Shown piece after piece: positions 37,990 to 52,536 of a stretch of 64,000 nucleotides of DNA. Position 1 is the first letter of the stretch. Every line of letters starts with the position of its first letter. The stretch lies in the NCBI RefSeq assembly GCF_001194135.2, contig NC_068990.1, forward strand, positions 93,004,958-93,068,957. The letters are read 5' to 3'. Position numbers and translations under genes: made by a program. Under the pieces are notes generated by a model. That model was given only the letters and a program-made list of their open reading frames with translations, was not told the origin of the DNA and did not search any database. The DNA comes from Octopus bimaculoides (Eukaryota).

Positions 37990-38880
37990 GTAAAACAAAA
38001 GAGGTGTGAAAATCGTGTGTTCAAGGCGAGACTTCATACAGATGTAAATTATAAAGAGCTTAAGAAGATCGGGATCCATAATCACGCTTCAGCTGCTGCA
38101 GAGGTAAATGCAAGGATAATCGTCTCAAATATTAAAGTAAAAATCTGTTTCATCTCGTGATGCTCAATTATCGTTGGTGAAGTTCAGAATTTTTGCCAAA
38201 ATAAATGAATTACTGCAGAATGAGGGACCTTATAATATAATCATGGATTTCGAAAAAGCAGCCCTTAATGGATTTCTGGAATCGTTTCCTGGGTCAAATT
38301 CGGCATGCTGCTTGCTTCATTTAGGACAAAATGTGTACAAGCATGTCGTGCAAGAAGGACTAAAATGCAGATGTCACGAAGATGACGGTTTTAGTCTAAA
38401 AATGCGGAGTTTTGTTGCCCTTGCCTTCCTGCCGAATGTTGTAGATGGATATGGACAATTTGTAGATGATGATGATATTCCATAGTTAATTGTATCCTAT
38501 TTTGAAAATAATTATATCGGACCACTTAGAGGAAGAGGACAGAGGAGGCGATGCCTTGAACCGCCATTTTCATTATCTGTATGGAATGTTTGGGATCGCT
38601 GTATGACGGAGACTGCTCGTACGACAAATAGTTTAGAAGCCTACCACAGCTCGCTGGAAAACGCAGTGAATATGAGTCATCCAAATATTTGGAAACTTAT
38701 TGATGTGATTAAAAGTGAAAAAAGGTTTGTCAGTACCAAATTGCAGAAGTTTATACAAGGAGAGGAACCAAGCCAAAAAGAAGAAATACAGAGATATGAA
38801 CCTGCGTATAAAGAATGTCATGGAAAAATATGATCCAAGCCAAAAAATTATTCTTCTAAAAGCAATTGCAGACAATCTTA
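37990..38880 (+). mobile_element. Mutator-like (MULE) transposase pseudogene with FLYWCH-like remnant, internally deleted
   Basis: Reads RCENRVFKARLHT...GIHNHA, then IIMDFEKAALNGF...CCLLHLGQNVYK...ALAFLP...YFENNYIG...WNV...RTTNSLEAYHSSL...SHPNIWKLI. Confidence 0.9.
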
Positions 38881-40247
38881 AACTTTAAGAAAAAATAGGC
38901 TGTGTGGTAAGTAGCTTGCTTACAAACCACATGGTTCCAGATTCAGTCCCACTGAAATATGCCTGCTTCCATATTTACTCACGGCCAACTTTTTGTGACC
39001 TTAAGTCGGACAAGAAGGAAGGAAAACTTAAAAATTCTTTTGAAGGAAACAAGCAGTCAAAGAATGTTAGTTGCGGATAGATTTTTCACAAAAAATTTGG
39101 TAATAAAAGAATTATTAAGCTAAAAATTTGGTTTTGTACCTTATTTATATATAAAACACTACAATTAGCAGTCATTTTGACGGCACGGGGTCAGCAAGTT
39201 TTATATAAAAGTTAACATTTTAAACGGACAAGCAATTTAAAATTGATATTTTAACATGTCACCAGCAGATGATAGTTATTGAACCCCAAGACAACCTTAC
39301 CAGAGCAGATGTATGATCAAAGAGCATTCCAGTTATTCCCATCTGGTACTTTTGTATACCTAGGACTATATTTTCATATATATAAAAAAAAAATTCGTGA
39401 GCTTCAGGTTTTATATGGACGATCACTCGATTTCCATAGAGTATAACTGACCGATAATATAATGTTCCCCCTGAATGGGACGCTAGACCGTTGCAAGGCT
39501 CAAGGCCAGTAATTTTGTGGATAGGCGGCAAATTCATTATTCGGCTGGTTCTTCATTTTATCGTCCCTGAAGGGATGAAAAACAAAATTGACCTTGGCGA
39601 TACTGAACTCAGAACTTAAAAGGCAGGAAGAAATGCTGCTAAACATTTCTTTTTCCCCAACGGCCTAACGATTCTGTCAATTTGCTGCCTTCATAAATCC
39701 ACATACATTCCATTTCAAGATGGTGGAATGTTACTTGAGGGCGATTTTACTCATATTTCTAGTAAGTGGCATGACTAGTAGATGGTGACTTTTACTACAT
39801 CACAATATTAACTGTTAGTCATTGATATGATACACGGAACAGCGAAAATATTAACGGTGGCGAAAGAAACCACTTAAAAGAAAGAATTGATCGAATTTAA
39901 TTTATAGTCTTTTTCATTAAAAGTACAACATCAAAGAGCAGCTGTTCCCTTACCTCTCTCTCCCTTTCTGCTATCAAACACACACACACACACACACACG
40001 TGGGTGTGTGCGTATAATGATTTTAAGAATCAATTTGTAACACACACACATACATGCACAGACAAATAAACCGTAGAAACTGCTTAATATGATCTCTTTG
40101 GAAGAAAATCTTTTCGATAATAACTGCGACGGAAGAAGCTTGCTTCGCAACCACATGGTTCCGGGTTCAGTCTTACTTATGGTCGTTCCGATTGAATCTT
40201 CCATGTTTTAACATGTACCTATAATACACACACACACACATCCACAT

Positions 40248-40346
<99 letters not shown>

Positions 40347-40352
40347 TATATA

Positions 40353-40730
40353 GGGCGTTGAGCTGGCAGAAACGTTAGCACGCCGAGCAAAATGCTTCGC
40401 GATATTTCGTCTGACGTTATGTTCTGAGTTCAAATTCCACCGAGGTCAACTTTGCCTTTCATCCATTCGTGGTCGATAAATTAAATACCAGTTACGCACT
40501 GAAGTCGATGTAATCAATTTAATCCCTTTGTCTGTCCTTGTTTGTCCCCTCTATGTTTAGCCCCTTGTGGGCAATAGAGAAATAAGAAACGTTAGCATGT
40601 TGGGTGAAATGCTTAGTGGTATTTCGTCTGTCTTTACGTTCTGAGTTCAAATTCCGCCGAGGTCGACTTTGCCTTTCATTCATTCGGGGTCTATAAATTA
40701 AGCATTAGTTGCGTAACTGGGGTCGATCGA
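40353..40730 (+). mobile_element. Two tandem family-B SINEs
   Basis: Full copy at 40353-40585, followed directly by a 5'-truncated copy. Confidence 0.9.
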
Positions 40731-40830
40731 AACGTTAAAGACTTTCTCAATTCCCGAGTGTTATACTAATACATCTATTTGTTTTCTACGCCACCTGTCT
40801 TCGTCTGTTGTTTTTGTTTTTGTGAATTCT

Positions 40831-40873
<43 letters not shown>

Positions 40874-41461
40874 GGAGGGAGAGGTGTCGAATAGAAAAAA
40901 GATAATCGACCTCAGTTCTGGATAGGTGTTTTATTTATCAACCATAGCAACTGAAAACCAGAAGATAAAAACGGAGACGACCTCGATCGGGTTTGAACAT
41001 AGACCAAAGAGTTAAGGAACAAACTGTGTAGCGTATATTAATCGATGCACAAGCAACTTTGCCAATTCACAACAGCACCAGAAACCTCACATAATTATAA
41101 TGAAAATAAAACAAGAAAACACAACGTTGTAATTTTGGGTTAATTATTGTTAATTAAAGGTTAAATAATGAATGAGATGGGAGAACGCCGGGAGTGTTAT
41201 TGGCATGTGAGAGTCTATCAACTATTCTGTAATTAATGGATCGCAACAGAGTACAGCTGTGTACCAGAGGTTTGTGGGTTCAATACTGATCATGAGAATA
41301 CAACAAATAGTGGAACATCGATTTGTGGTACGCAGACAACAGCTACGTACCATAGGTTTGTGGTTTCAATACTGACCAAGGGATACCACTGCACTTCCAG
41401 CAATTGCCACTAAAACAACAAAAATAACCTCTACCACAACTACAATAAAAACTACTACTAT

Positions 41462-41498
<37 letters not shown>

Positions 41499-42714
41499 GA
41501 TGCTGCTGCTGCTGTTGCTGTTGCTGCTACTACTGCAACTATTGCTGCCGCTGTTGCTGCTGCTGCCGTACTAATATTGGTATGCTACTAATGCAGTCAT
41601 TGCTACAGAGAGAAGTGGTATGGGTTGAAATGTGTGTGTGTTTGCGTGTGTGTGTGTGTGTGTGTGTGCATATGTGTGTGTGAGTGAGTGAGTACTGGGG
41701 TGGTTAGCCAAACCAGGAACACATGGTATAATAATAAATACGGGTGGTGGTCGGTGTTGGCATCAGATCGCCAGGTCAAGGACCCCGTGTAATGTATACA
41801 GTAAATACGGGTGTGTTCGTAGTAGCGAGGGTAGCGAAGTCAGTAATTAACGATAATAGTTGCTTAAAATTTCGGAGAAAAAGCCAGTGGTTTTAGGGGT
41901 GAGAATAGGTCGATTACATCGACCCCAGTGTTTCACTGGTACTTAATTTGTTGACCCCGAAAGGATGAAGGGCAAAGTTGACCGCGGCGGAATTTGAACT
42001 CAGTACTTAGAAACGGACGAAATGCCGTTAAGCATTTTGCCCGGCGTATTAACGATTCTGCCAAGCAGGATGGGCTACTCGACCTGAAGAAAATTCTAAC
42101 TGGGCCCCACCTGCGAGGTCATGCGCTGTTTATCTTGATATGAGATCTCCATATCGTGCACATATCGTTGTGATGCACGTGCCTGGTGTACCCTTATCAC
42201 ACGGGTAGTCATGATGGGTATATTGGGCTTCGTCTATTTGTACCCCAGTGTCACTTTGATGGCATGCGCTGCTGTCTCACTCACTCAATAATAATAATAA
42301 TAATAATAACAATAATAACAACAACAACAATGATAATAATAATAAAGACAACAACAATGATAACAATAATAATAACAGCAATAATAATAATAATAATAGT
42401 AATAATAATAATTGTTTCTTCCGGAGTCTCTTTGATTGTGTGTTTGGTTGTCTTTTATTTCCATCTCTTCGTTGAATTATGGAACAAGCAGTTAAAATTA
42501 AAATTAAAGGAAAAAGAAAAATCACTGCAAGAGAGAAAACCCTACAAAATAAATGACTGGAAGCTGACTTCAAAAACAATAATTGTCCCAGCTCTAACAA
42601 GTCAATCAAAGAAGCAGAGAGAAAGAGCAGGAAAATATATAATTTACAATGAAAGATAAAACGGGTTGCCTTATGCACGCACTGACACAGCTGAAGAAAA
42701 ATATAGACACAGAT

Positions 42715-42799
42715 GAGGTACCCTACGGACGGACACTGCTGAGGTACCCTACAGACGGACACTGCTGAGGTACCCTACAGATGGACACTGCTGAGGTAC
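42715..42799 (+). repeat. 26-bp minisatellite (gaggtaccctacagacggacactgct) x3.3
   Basis: Direct reading, with one substitution in each of two units and no spacers. Confidence 0.95.
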
Positions 42800-42919
42800 A
42801 TCAGTGTTGAAAACATCACTTGATGCAAGATCTTAGTTCCAAATGTTCACATTATATGGAGGCAACACCAGCAATCTTGCATAATCTATTTGATGTGATT
42901 ACTCGTGTACAAATATTTA

Positions 42920-43157
42920 TTTCTTTATTGCTTACAGGGGGTGGGGGAGCTAAGCAAAGAGGGGACAAACAAGGACAGACAAAGGAATTAAGTCGACTAC
43001 ATCGATCCCCAGTGCGTCACTGTTACTTATTTAATCGACCCCGAAAGGATGAAAGGCAAAGTCGACCACGGTGGAATTTGAACTCAGAACGTAAAGACAG
43101 ACGAAATACCGCTGAACATTTCGCGCGGCGTGCTAACGTTTCTGCCAGCTCGCTGCC
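42920..43157 (-). mobile_element. tRNA-derived SINE, family B, full length
   Basis: Matches the copies at 40353 (+) and 49300 (-). Confidence 0.9.
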
Positions 43158-45833
43158 CTACTCGAGTAGAAATATTATAATAAAACAAGAAATAAAATAA
43201 AAGTAATAGAAAGAATGAAAACCCACAGATTAGAAGTTTTTAAAGTGTAGTGCTTAGCAGTTTATACTAGGAACATTATTACGAGTTAATTAAAGAAATA
43301 TCTCCATAAAGAAAGCTCTTCGCATAACATTCACCGTTCCCGAGGAAATAAGAAGGTAAAAAACTAAAATAGTTCGCCTACAACCACGCAGCGCCGGTGT
43401 TACGTGAAAACTTCCCCGGCGTCAGATTATGCCGCAGATAGCCCGTCACAGGATTACCTATTGAGGGTAAAGAATCCGATTTGAAGCGTTGTTGGCGGTG
43501 GTGCAGCTGGCGAGAGAAAGAGAGAGGGAGGGAGAGAGGGAGAGAGAGAGAGAGAGAGAGGGGGGAATGTGGAAGGGACTGAAGCGACTAATGCAAAGTA
43601 ACACACACAGTACACACATTCATGGATACACACACACACACACGCAGATAGATAGATGCACGTACATAGCTTCATATATAAACAAACATATACACACACA
43701 CACATCCGTAATCACGTAAACGTATGTACACGGATATAGTGCAAGTGTAGAAAAGACACATCTCGTTTTACTTCGATTTCCGGTGTGTGTGTGCGCGCGC
43801 AGACACACACACGCGTCAATATCTTGCTTCAATAAAAACTTTGTAGTTGCACAAAATAAATGCAAAGCATCCATAATGAGTGCATTTAAATAAAAAAAAA
43901 AGGTTAATTGCATCGCAACGCTACGCCTCGATAATGTGTGCGTGCAAGTTCGTTCATGCCTGCAGTCATTTAGTTAGCAAGCTGATGTCTCCACCTTCTC
44001 TCTGTTACTCTTTAGTCATAAAAGACTTTTGAATTAAATCATTATGAATTAATTCAAACACCACGCAAAAGCTGGAGGGGATCTAAAGATGGAAACTCCT
44101 GTTTATTCCATCACCCTTTAAAGGATTCACGAAGCTTTTTCGTATATTCAAAAGAGCTATCGAGATTCTCAAGTCACAAGATTAAAATTTCGAACAAAGT
44201 GAAAAAATTGCTACAAATCTAACGTGAAATTTGAAAAAGGAAAGAAAATAACTGTAATGGGTGAAACCAGGAACTCTGAATGCATTTATAAAGTAACAAA
44301 AAATGTGATCCAAGTGAACTAAGTACGGGCGACAAAGCTACGTTGAGTGAGGAACCGAAACGAACAGCAAAGATGGCGAACTGGCAGAGTCCTTACCGTG
44401 CCGCATAACATGCTTAGCAGCATTTCTTCCGGCTTTTTATGGTCTAAGTGCAAATACCGGGCGAGGTCTACTTTGGTTTTCGTTCTTTCGGAGTCGATAA
44501 ATAAGGTATCAGCTGAGCATTAGAATCGATGTTCCTCACCACAAAATTGCTGACCTTGTGCTAAAAGTAGGAAAAAATCTAATCATTACCTGAACAGAGC
44601 CCAAATATTAAGCTTAAATATGAAATTGTGTTTTAAAAAGTCACGCTTTGCTTTCCTTAAGTTTTTGCGTTTGGATTCTTAACACCCAACGAATTGACAT
44701 TTTAGTCAAAAAATGATTCGATCAACCATGGCTAAATCAATTCACAGTGTGTCCTACCTCTCGTACCACCATACTCGTCTACATTCTTTCATAGGATATT
44801 CAACGTTTCTCTCAGGCGATTCATTTTCGGGATCTCTTCTTAACAACAACAATCAACACCATAACGTTTGACTGTTGCGTATGAAGAACAGTCCTCACGT
44901 TTTGCATGCAATCATAGACTTCCCGCTGTGCAATCTTCTCCAGAAGTCAAAAATTCAATAACAGCGCGATTCTTCAATTTTCTCATTTCCTGATTCTGAT
45001 TTTCGTCAGCTTATCGTCAATTGCTTCAATTTTTGATCATTTCAAGAATGTAAACCGACAATAAAATAATTACCGATGTTGATTTTTCAAGTCACGCAAA
45101 GCGTACTGACAAAGTTTAAACATATTCATATAACAACGACGATGACCATAGAATTTACGTTGCCATAGAAATTACAAGTGTTACGACTTTTCCTGAAAAA
45201 TAATACGAATCGCCAGAAGATTCAGTGAATACGTACCTCTCGCTTATAAACAGCTGTTTATAAACAAAACTTTGTATATAAACATTCGTTACACAACATA
45301 ATGTCACGTGCAAGTTTTTAGTGATTATGCAATATCGCACATTATGACCATTTTTGGCGATTAGTATGAAGCTAATAGACTCGTACCGAGAAAAATAATG
45401 GCAGTTTTGTTAAATGCAGAGAATAGAAGCAGCCGTTCAACTGAAATTAATCCATGTAATATACGGCATAAAAATATTATCATCTTCATCATCATCATCA
45501 TCATAATCGACAACTGTCGTACAAAAGCAGATACAAGAGTGGCAAAAGACCGCTTTATAATAGGTACCGTGTCCATGGAGGTGAAAAGAAGAAATCGTCG
45601 AAAGAGAAGAACCAAGAACGGTGGGCAAGGCTGCAAAAGTGTGAAAAGAGGGAGAGAGAGGGGGGAGGAAGAGAGAGAGAGAGGGGGAGAGGAAGAGAGA
45701 GAGAGAGAGAGGGAGAGAGAGAGATGAATAGAAAGATGTGTACAAGAGTGCATGTAAATGACGTGAATGACAAACAAATGGGATGACTAATGGTAAATGT
45801 GAGTGATGGTGCATGAGAATAAGAATGACAAAC

Positions 45834-45897
<64 letters not shown>

Positions 45898-47589
45898 AAG
45901 AGAGTGTAAGAGAGAGGGAGTGAGAGAGTGGTGGCAGGTAGGACAAAAATGGTGATATGATATTGTATGTTGTAAAAAGTTCTGCTTTCATTAATTACAG
46001 CAGCACAGAGCATTTTTGGAGAAAAGGTGTAATCCTGCTTGTGTTTTCCATATTATATATATATTCACTCTTTTCTGCATTGTAAGAATGAATAAAAATT
46101 GTTGAAGGAAATATGTATGAAACAGTTAAGTAAAGTGAAATATGAAATATGTATGAGAGTTGGTTTATTCTGGGACATGTGAACACAGGCAAAAAATCAA
46201 CACAGTCAATAACGAAGTAAGGAGAACTGACAACACATGCAAATCAAACTGCTTATTCATGAAACAACGAAAAAATTCATTCTTATTTAATTCAAAAGTG
46301 TGTGTATAAAAGGAATTAAGTATGGTTGCCAAAAACCCCATCAGTTATTCAGCATTTCCCTGCGACTTGGTTAAGAAAAAGTAAAAGATAAAAGACAGAA
46401 TCAGACCAAAAGAGATGATTTGGTCAGTTGTCAGCGACGAGTTGTAGAAAATTTGGTAAATGTGTGTAGGACGGCTTGAATCTTGGAAGCTCTGCTGTAT
46501 GTCTGTGTTTCTCACGAAAGGCATGTCTTAAATAAGGCCGAATGTTATCTGTTATTAATGTGTGAACAGATCAAGGTTCAGAAAATTCTATTGTTTCTCT
46601 CAGCCCATGAAAATTTTCTGTTTCCAACTAGTTTTCTAAGAACCATCTCGTTTCTCAATGGCCATTTTGGATTTTCTTTTCAATAGAAAAAGCGCAAGTA
46701 TGGTTATGTGATAAGAAGTTTGCTTTCCACCCACATGGCTCTGGGTTCAATCCTGGTGCGCAGCATCTACGTGAATTTGGTAGACGGAAACTGAAAGAAC
46801 CTGATCGTATATATTACAATCGTGAGCGGAATGTCCTAACCACTAAGCCACGCGCCTTCATGTAACACCATGTTGACATAGAAGCCTAAAAATGCTGGGG
46901 TTCTCCGACTGAAATGGATTGCTTCTCCTTGACAAACGTCGGCAGATTCAGAAAAAAAAAAAGATCGGACAATGAAATATGATAATGAAATGCAAAGTGA
47001 ACTGTTGATTCACAAACCCCCAACTACGACTTAATGAAATGTTATCTAAGGTCTACGAGAACTCTCAACAAGAGACACTAACAGGTAAGTTAATTGCTTT
47101 TAAACACAAAATGCGAGCGGTAAGTGAAAAACTTGGTCATCGTTAGAAATTACTAGAACCGTTTGATCATCCATCAATCATGGGTTTGCACAAGCAGGAT
47201 GTTCGCAAATATGGAAAGCCATACCAACAAGTTCATCAAATCTCCGCAAAATTATCTTGAGTAATTTTGAGGTGCGGTGTGATCTGGAATGTAAACAAAC
47301 AACGCAATAACAATGCAGTGTGGTGGTGAAGTGAGTTACGGAGTGAGTAATATGCCAACGTGTCTCCCCGAAACATATTACCAGAGAAACACTCCTGACA
47401 ATTGTTGCAAAAATACCGAAGGAAAAGATCATCTGGAAGAGAAGTGATAGCCGGTTATCGGCCGAGAAAGCTTACGTTCTACAGAATAACCGTCGTTAGC
47501 CTGCTTAAAAGAGCAATGAACGTTAGGTTTGATGAAACCAGCTGGCAGCTGCGCGCACAACGCTAGCGAAAAACCGGAGATGCATGTGG

Positions 47590-47960
47590 CCAAACAACGC
47601 AATCGTCTCATAACATGTTTGAATGTAATGTATACTTTATACAACATGGTCCACAGAGTTATCAGTAAGAAACCAAGTTACTACTTCTATCACTAAGAGA
47701 ATTAGGGCATCACCTGGAATATTCCAGGATGACAGGTCATCTTTAATGTTTTCTGCCCCAGCAACGAGCATCTTGTCAATCCTATTGAAGAAAAGGCCGA
47801 GCGATAGGTTCTGTAGTGGAGAGAAAATTAATGTAATTTTCATCTTTTTTGTTGATGACCTTAAAACTATAAACGAATAATATTCTGGACATGAAGAGAC
47901 AGAACTCTCAGGACATAAAAATGGTGTTTGGTTAGGATTGTCGACCAGATAAGGAATATG
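47590..47960 (+). mobile_element. R4/Dong-like non-LTR retrotransposon RT remnant
   Basis: Frameshifted RLITCLNVMYTL...GIFQDDRSSLMF...HLFVDDLKT...SQDIKMVFG. Compare RPITCL...GIFQGDSLSPLLF...HLLYMDDLKLY...S.DI.M.FG. Confidence 0.75.
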
Positions 47961-49064
47961 GATTCCAATCACCTGTCTATCTCCTCTATCTCCAACTATG
48001 AATGTTACTAATACTTCAGAATCGACGGAAATATACGATGCGATACACTGTTTCGTAGTACTGGTATATTCTACAAAACGAGAAAGACGCAGTCATTGGT
48101 TCATCATTCAGATGCATACAGAGATAAATAATTTTGCTTCGGTGGAATGATTAGAAGAGGTCTTCGCGGTCATTTTAAGACCAAAACCAGCTTCCTAACT
48201 TCATTCCTTGCCGAGATATCACATTCTGAAAGTCGCGAAACTTTGCCTGCGTTTTTCTTGGTTTCTAAGTTGTGACGCCCTCGACAGTCTGTTACTAAAC
48301 GCCTTTGTACCTACGAGTTCTATTATCATAGGTGCACTTGAGGCGGCGAGTGGTATGTCGCTCGTCGCTATGTTCTGAGTTCAAATTCCTCCGAGGTCGA
48401 CTTTGCCTGTAATCTTTTCGGGGTCGATAAATTTAGTTAATGGGGTCAACTAGTCCCCCTCTCCACAAATTCCAGGCCTTGTGCCTAGAGTAGAAAGGAT
48501 TATCATAGGTCACTGAACCATTAAACAATTGATCCGCACAAAAGCTTTGGAATGCTAGGAGTTCTCCAAACGAGAACAGAGCAAACTGACTCGCTTTTTG
48601 CAAACGCGATCGATTAGAGATGCAACGAAAATTTGTTAAACATTTCATGGATTCTCCATTTGAAGTTATTGGATTGAACGCAAGCACGCAGTCACGAGTG
48701 CATAGGGAATACATACAGTCAGACATCCAAACACATGCACATAAACAGCAAGGAAGCACGCACGCACACTTGTGTACTAAAATAACATGCGCATCGAGTG
48801 AAAGTTTATACTCTTACATCTGTACAAACACTCGCTTACGCATGTAAGCACTCACATACAAATGAACACACGGCATCCAGTTCAGATATCCTCACATTCC
48901 AAGAGCTGTCTTGACTTAAATTCTAGAGCTTTGTTACTTTTGTAGTTACCCGTTTGAATTTGGTAAAGGAAAAACTTACATAAACCCCAAGGAAACACAG
49001 ACACACACATCGATTTCTTTTTACATTTGTGTGACTCGAAGAAGATAAATCTATAAATATTGGT

Positions 49065-49535
49065 TTCAAATTATGGCACAAGGCTAGTATTTTCAGGGGA
49101 GGAGGTAAGTCGAGAAAATCGACCCCAATGCGCAACTGGTATTTATTTTATCGATCCTGAAAAGCTGGAAGGCAAAGTCAACCTCGGCGGCGTTTGATCT
49201 CAGAATGTGAAGGTGGGCGAAATGCCGCAGAGCATTTTACCCGGCGTGCTAACGGTTCTGCCGACTCGCCGCCCTTAGGTAAATCTATAAATATTTATTT
49301 CTTTATTGCCCACAGGGGGGGGGGGGCTAAACATAGAGGGGACAAACAAGGACAGACAAAGGGATGAAGTCGATTACATCGACTCCAGTGCGTAACTGGT
49401 ACTTATTTAATCGACCCCGAAAGAATGAAAGGGAAAGTCGACCTCGGAGGAATTTGAACTCAGAACGTAACGACAGACGAAATACAGCTAAGCATTTCGC
49501 CCGGCGTGCTAACGATTTTGCCAGCTCGCCTCCCT
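49065..49535 (-). mobile_element. Two tandem family-B SINEs
   Basis: Copies at about 49065-49278 and 49300-49535. Confidence 0.9.
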
Positions 49536-49978
49536 GATAAATATTAACGTGTAGATTATTGGGTTAAGAAATACCTTTACATAGAAACATTTCGAAGTTT
49601 ATAAATTCTTATTATGTAAATACGATTCTCACTGGTAAGAACAAAAGCCCATGGAATGGAAGCAGACAAGCTGAAAGGTTACTTGGTGCAATGGCAGAGT
49701 TTTGGTCATCCTTACAGAAGATCTGGGTTCGTCTTCCACAGCAGCATTCAAAGGTTATTTTTTAACCCTTTCTCCTGCATGGCCTCAGTCGTATGGCTGA
49801 AACAGATAAGAAATAAAATATTCTATACTCTATTATTCATAGCTTAATCTACTTCGAGTTCCACAATAAAAAGTAAACGATCCAGTTCAAATTTCTCGAC
49901 GTTTCTAAATTCTTAAACGACAAACGCAAATACATTATATGCGCATATATGTATATGTATATGTGTGTGTGTGTATTC

Positions 49979-50020
<42 letters not shown>

Positions 50021-50547
50021 TATATGCATAACAAAGAACAGGAGTTACGTAGTCATTTCATTAGCTTACAGCTGTTTCTGCTTTAAGTAAATATGCACAC
50101 AGAGCTGAGTGCTAGTTCGGCATCTTACAGCTCTCTCAAAGCAAAATGTGTGTGTGTGTGCGTGCGTGTGTGTGTGTGTGTGTGTGTGCGTGTGTGTGTG
50201 TGCGTGTGTGTGTGCGTGTGTGTGTGCGTGTGTGTGTGTGCATGTGTGCGTGCGCGTGTGTGTGTAGGTGTTACATCTTGCAGTAGACGGGCTGCATGCT
50301 ATAACTCATAGAAGCACAAATATTAATGTCACGACAGTGTTGGATATCTCGAGACGGATCTAATTAAGATTAAGTGTAATCAAACATCGAAATATACAGG
50401 AAACAACGCAATCTCTCTTAACAGACAATCACACCGAAAGCAATCACAGAGGAATCTCGCAACAAGTCTAAGTGTGCGCGCGCACGTGAGTGAGGGAGTG
50501 TATACATGCATGAGTGTGTGTGTGTGGGTGTGGGGGGGAGTGTATTT

Positions 50548-50866
50548 TTTACTTGATTTAGTCATCTTGACTGCGGCTATGCTGGAGCACTGTTTTTAGT
50601 CGAACAAATCAACCCCGAGACTTATTCTTTTTAAGCTTAGTACTTATTCTATTGGCTGGTTTTGCCGAACCGCTAAGTTACGGAGACGTAAACATACCAA
50701 CATCGGTTGTCAAGCGATGGTGGGGGTACAAACACAGACACACAAATATATACACACACATAAAGCTTTTGTAGAAGACACTAGCCCAAGGCATCACGCA
50801 GTGGGACTGAACCCGGAACCATGTGGTTGGTAAGCAAGCTACTTACCACACAGCCACTCCTGCGCC
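50548..50866 (-). mobile_element. tRNA-derived SINE, family A
   Basis: Reverse complement of the 1811-2190 element, with a small internal deletion. Confidence 0.9.
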
Positions 50867-51259
50867 TATAAATATGAATGTGCATGTGTATGTGTATGTA
50901 TGTATGTATGTATGTATGTATGTATGTATGTATCTATGAATGTATGTATGTATGAATGCGTATGTATGTATTTGTGTGTGTGTGTGTGCGTGTGCGCGTG
51001 TGCATGTGTGTGTAAAACAGACCGAAACGCATTCTACGCCTTGGCTTCTGCGTAAAGACACGTTTGCATATTTATAATATACACTCGTGCGTACAGATAC
51101 GAAACAGATATGGCTGGGTGGTTAACAAGTTCGCTTGCAACCAGGTCCACCCTGGGGACCATCCACTGGGCCGAACCAAGGCATTGCAAATGAATCTCGT
51201 AAATGGAAACTGGTGGAAGAATACACACACACACGCACACACGCGCACACACACGAGAA

Positions 51260-51866
51260 AGAGAGCAGTCAAAAACGTATCCGCACCGGGCAAGACTTGT
51301 CTTTTCGATTGGCTGCCTTCAGCTCTCGCGTGCTCAGAAGCGGTCGTCTGCTGGTTACGTAACCGAGGTTTGGCCTTGATCGCTCCAGTCTGCTTTCTTA
51401 TGTTACAGTGGCCGCTCCGCTGGAAGAACAGGGATTTGAGATCCGACTTCTCTTGTTGTGTCAGGGGCTGAAATTCATGACAGGCTTTCAGAACGAAACG
51501 GTGACAGCGCTTTATCACGTAGAAGTGTATCTGAAGGGATCGACAATAATGGCGTGACAAGAGTGGAAGAGGGAAGCGGACGGCCATGAACCTCCACCGC
51601 TGACGTGAAAATTCAACAAGCTCGAGAGATGGTTTTAGCAAACCGACGAGTGACCATCGATGAGGTACATGCGTTCTGTAAATTGGTCATGGGACCATAA
51701 ATGGCTGCGCGGAAAGCTTCTGCTCCGATGGAATAAGCGAGGTTGTAGACCACTGGAAGAAATACGAGGAGATTGTGTCGAAGAAAGAGGTCACTGGTTC
51801 AATCCTTGCTTTTGTTTGAATTAATTATAGAAACCAGATTGCGTACAATCTTTGACTTACTCTTGT
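51260..51866 (+). mobile_element. Internally deleted mariner element with degenerate TIRs
   Basis: Reads AAPLEEQ...GAEIHDRLSERNGDSALSRRSV...GSGRP*TST...MVLANRRVTIDEV, joined to C-terminal FCSDGI..VVDHW...GDCVE. Ends cagtcaaaaacgtatccgca and ttgcgtacaatctttgactta. Confidence 0.82.
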
Positions 51867-52446
51867 TTACACACACACACACACACACACATACACACAC
51901 ACACACACACATACACATACACACACAAACACACGCACACACGTACGTGTATGTGTATGTGTGTGCGTTTAATCTATATATACGTATAAATACTTCTAAA
52001 GCCATATGTGTGCCTTCATGTTCGTTCCACCACCATTTGACAATCGCTGTTGGTTTGTTTACGGCTCCGTAGCTTGTTGTTTCAACAAAAAGAGACCAAT
52101 AGGGTAAGTACCAACAACTGGGGTCAATTTGTTTCGACAATGACCTTCAAAGCATTGCTCCAGCCTGGCGGCGATCCAATAAGTAAAAGAAAAGAATACA
52201 TTAACCTTTTGTCTCTCTCTCTCTCTCCCTCTCTCTGTTTCAGTCTCTCTCTCTCTCTCTCACTCACTCACTCACTTACACAGGCACTCAGTACACGCAC
52301 TCACATACAAACTCAATTTCTCTTTCTCCCTCTGACACACACGCACGTTTGCACTCTTTCATCCACACGCTTAAACACACACACACACGCACACACTGAT
52401 AGACACACTCATACATACGCACGCACGCACACACGCATGCAATGCG

Positions 52447-52536
<90 letters not shown>

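Noticed and set aside
42715-42799. CRISPR-like repeat
   Set aside because: Contiguous tandem units without spacers, in a eukaryotic context with no cas genes.
45361-45991. Overlapping ORFs on both strands
   Set aside because: They are driven by (GA)n and (CAT)n repeats, with no family motifs.
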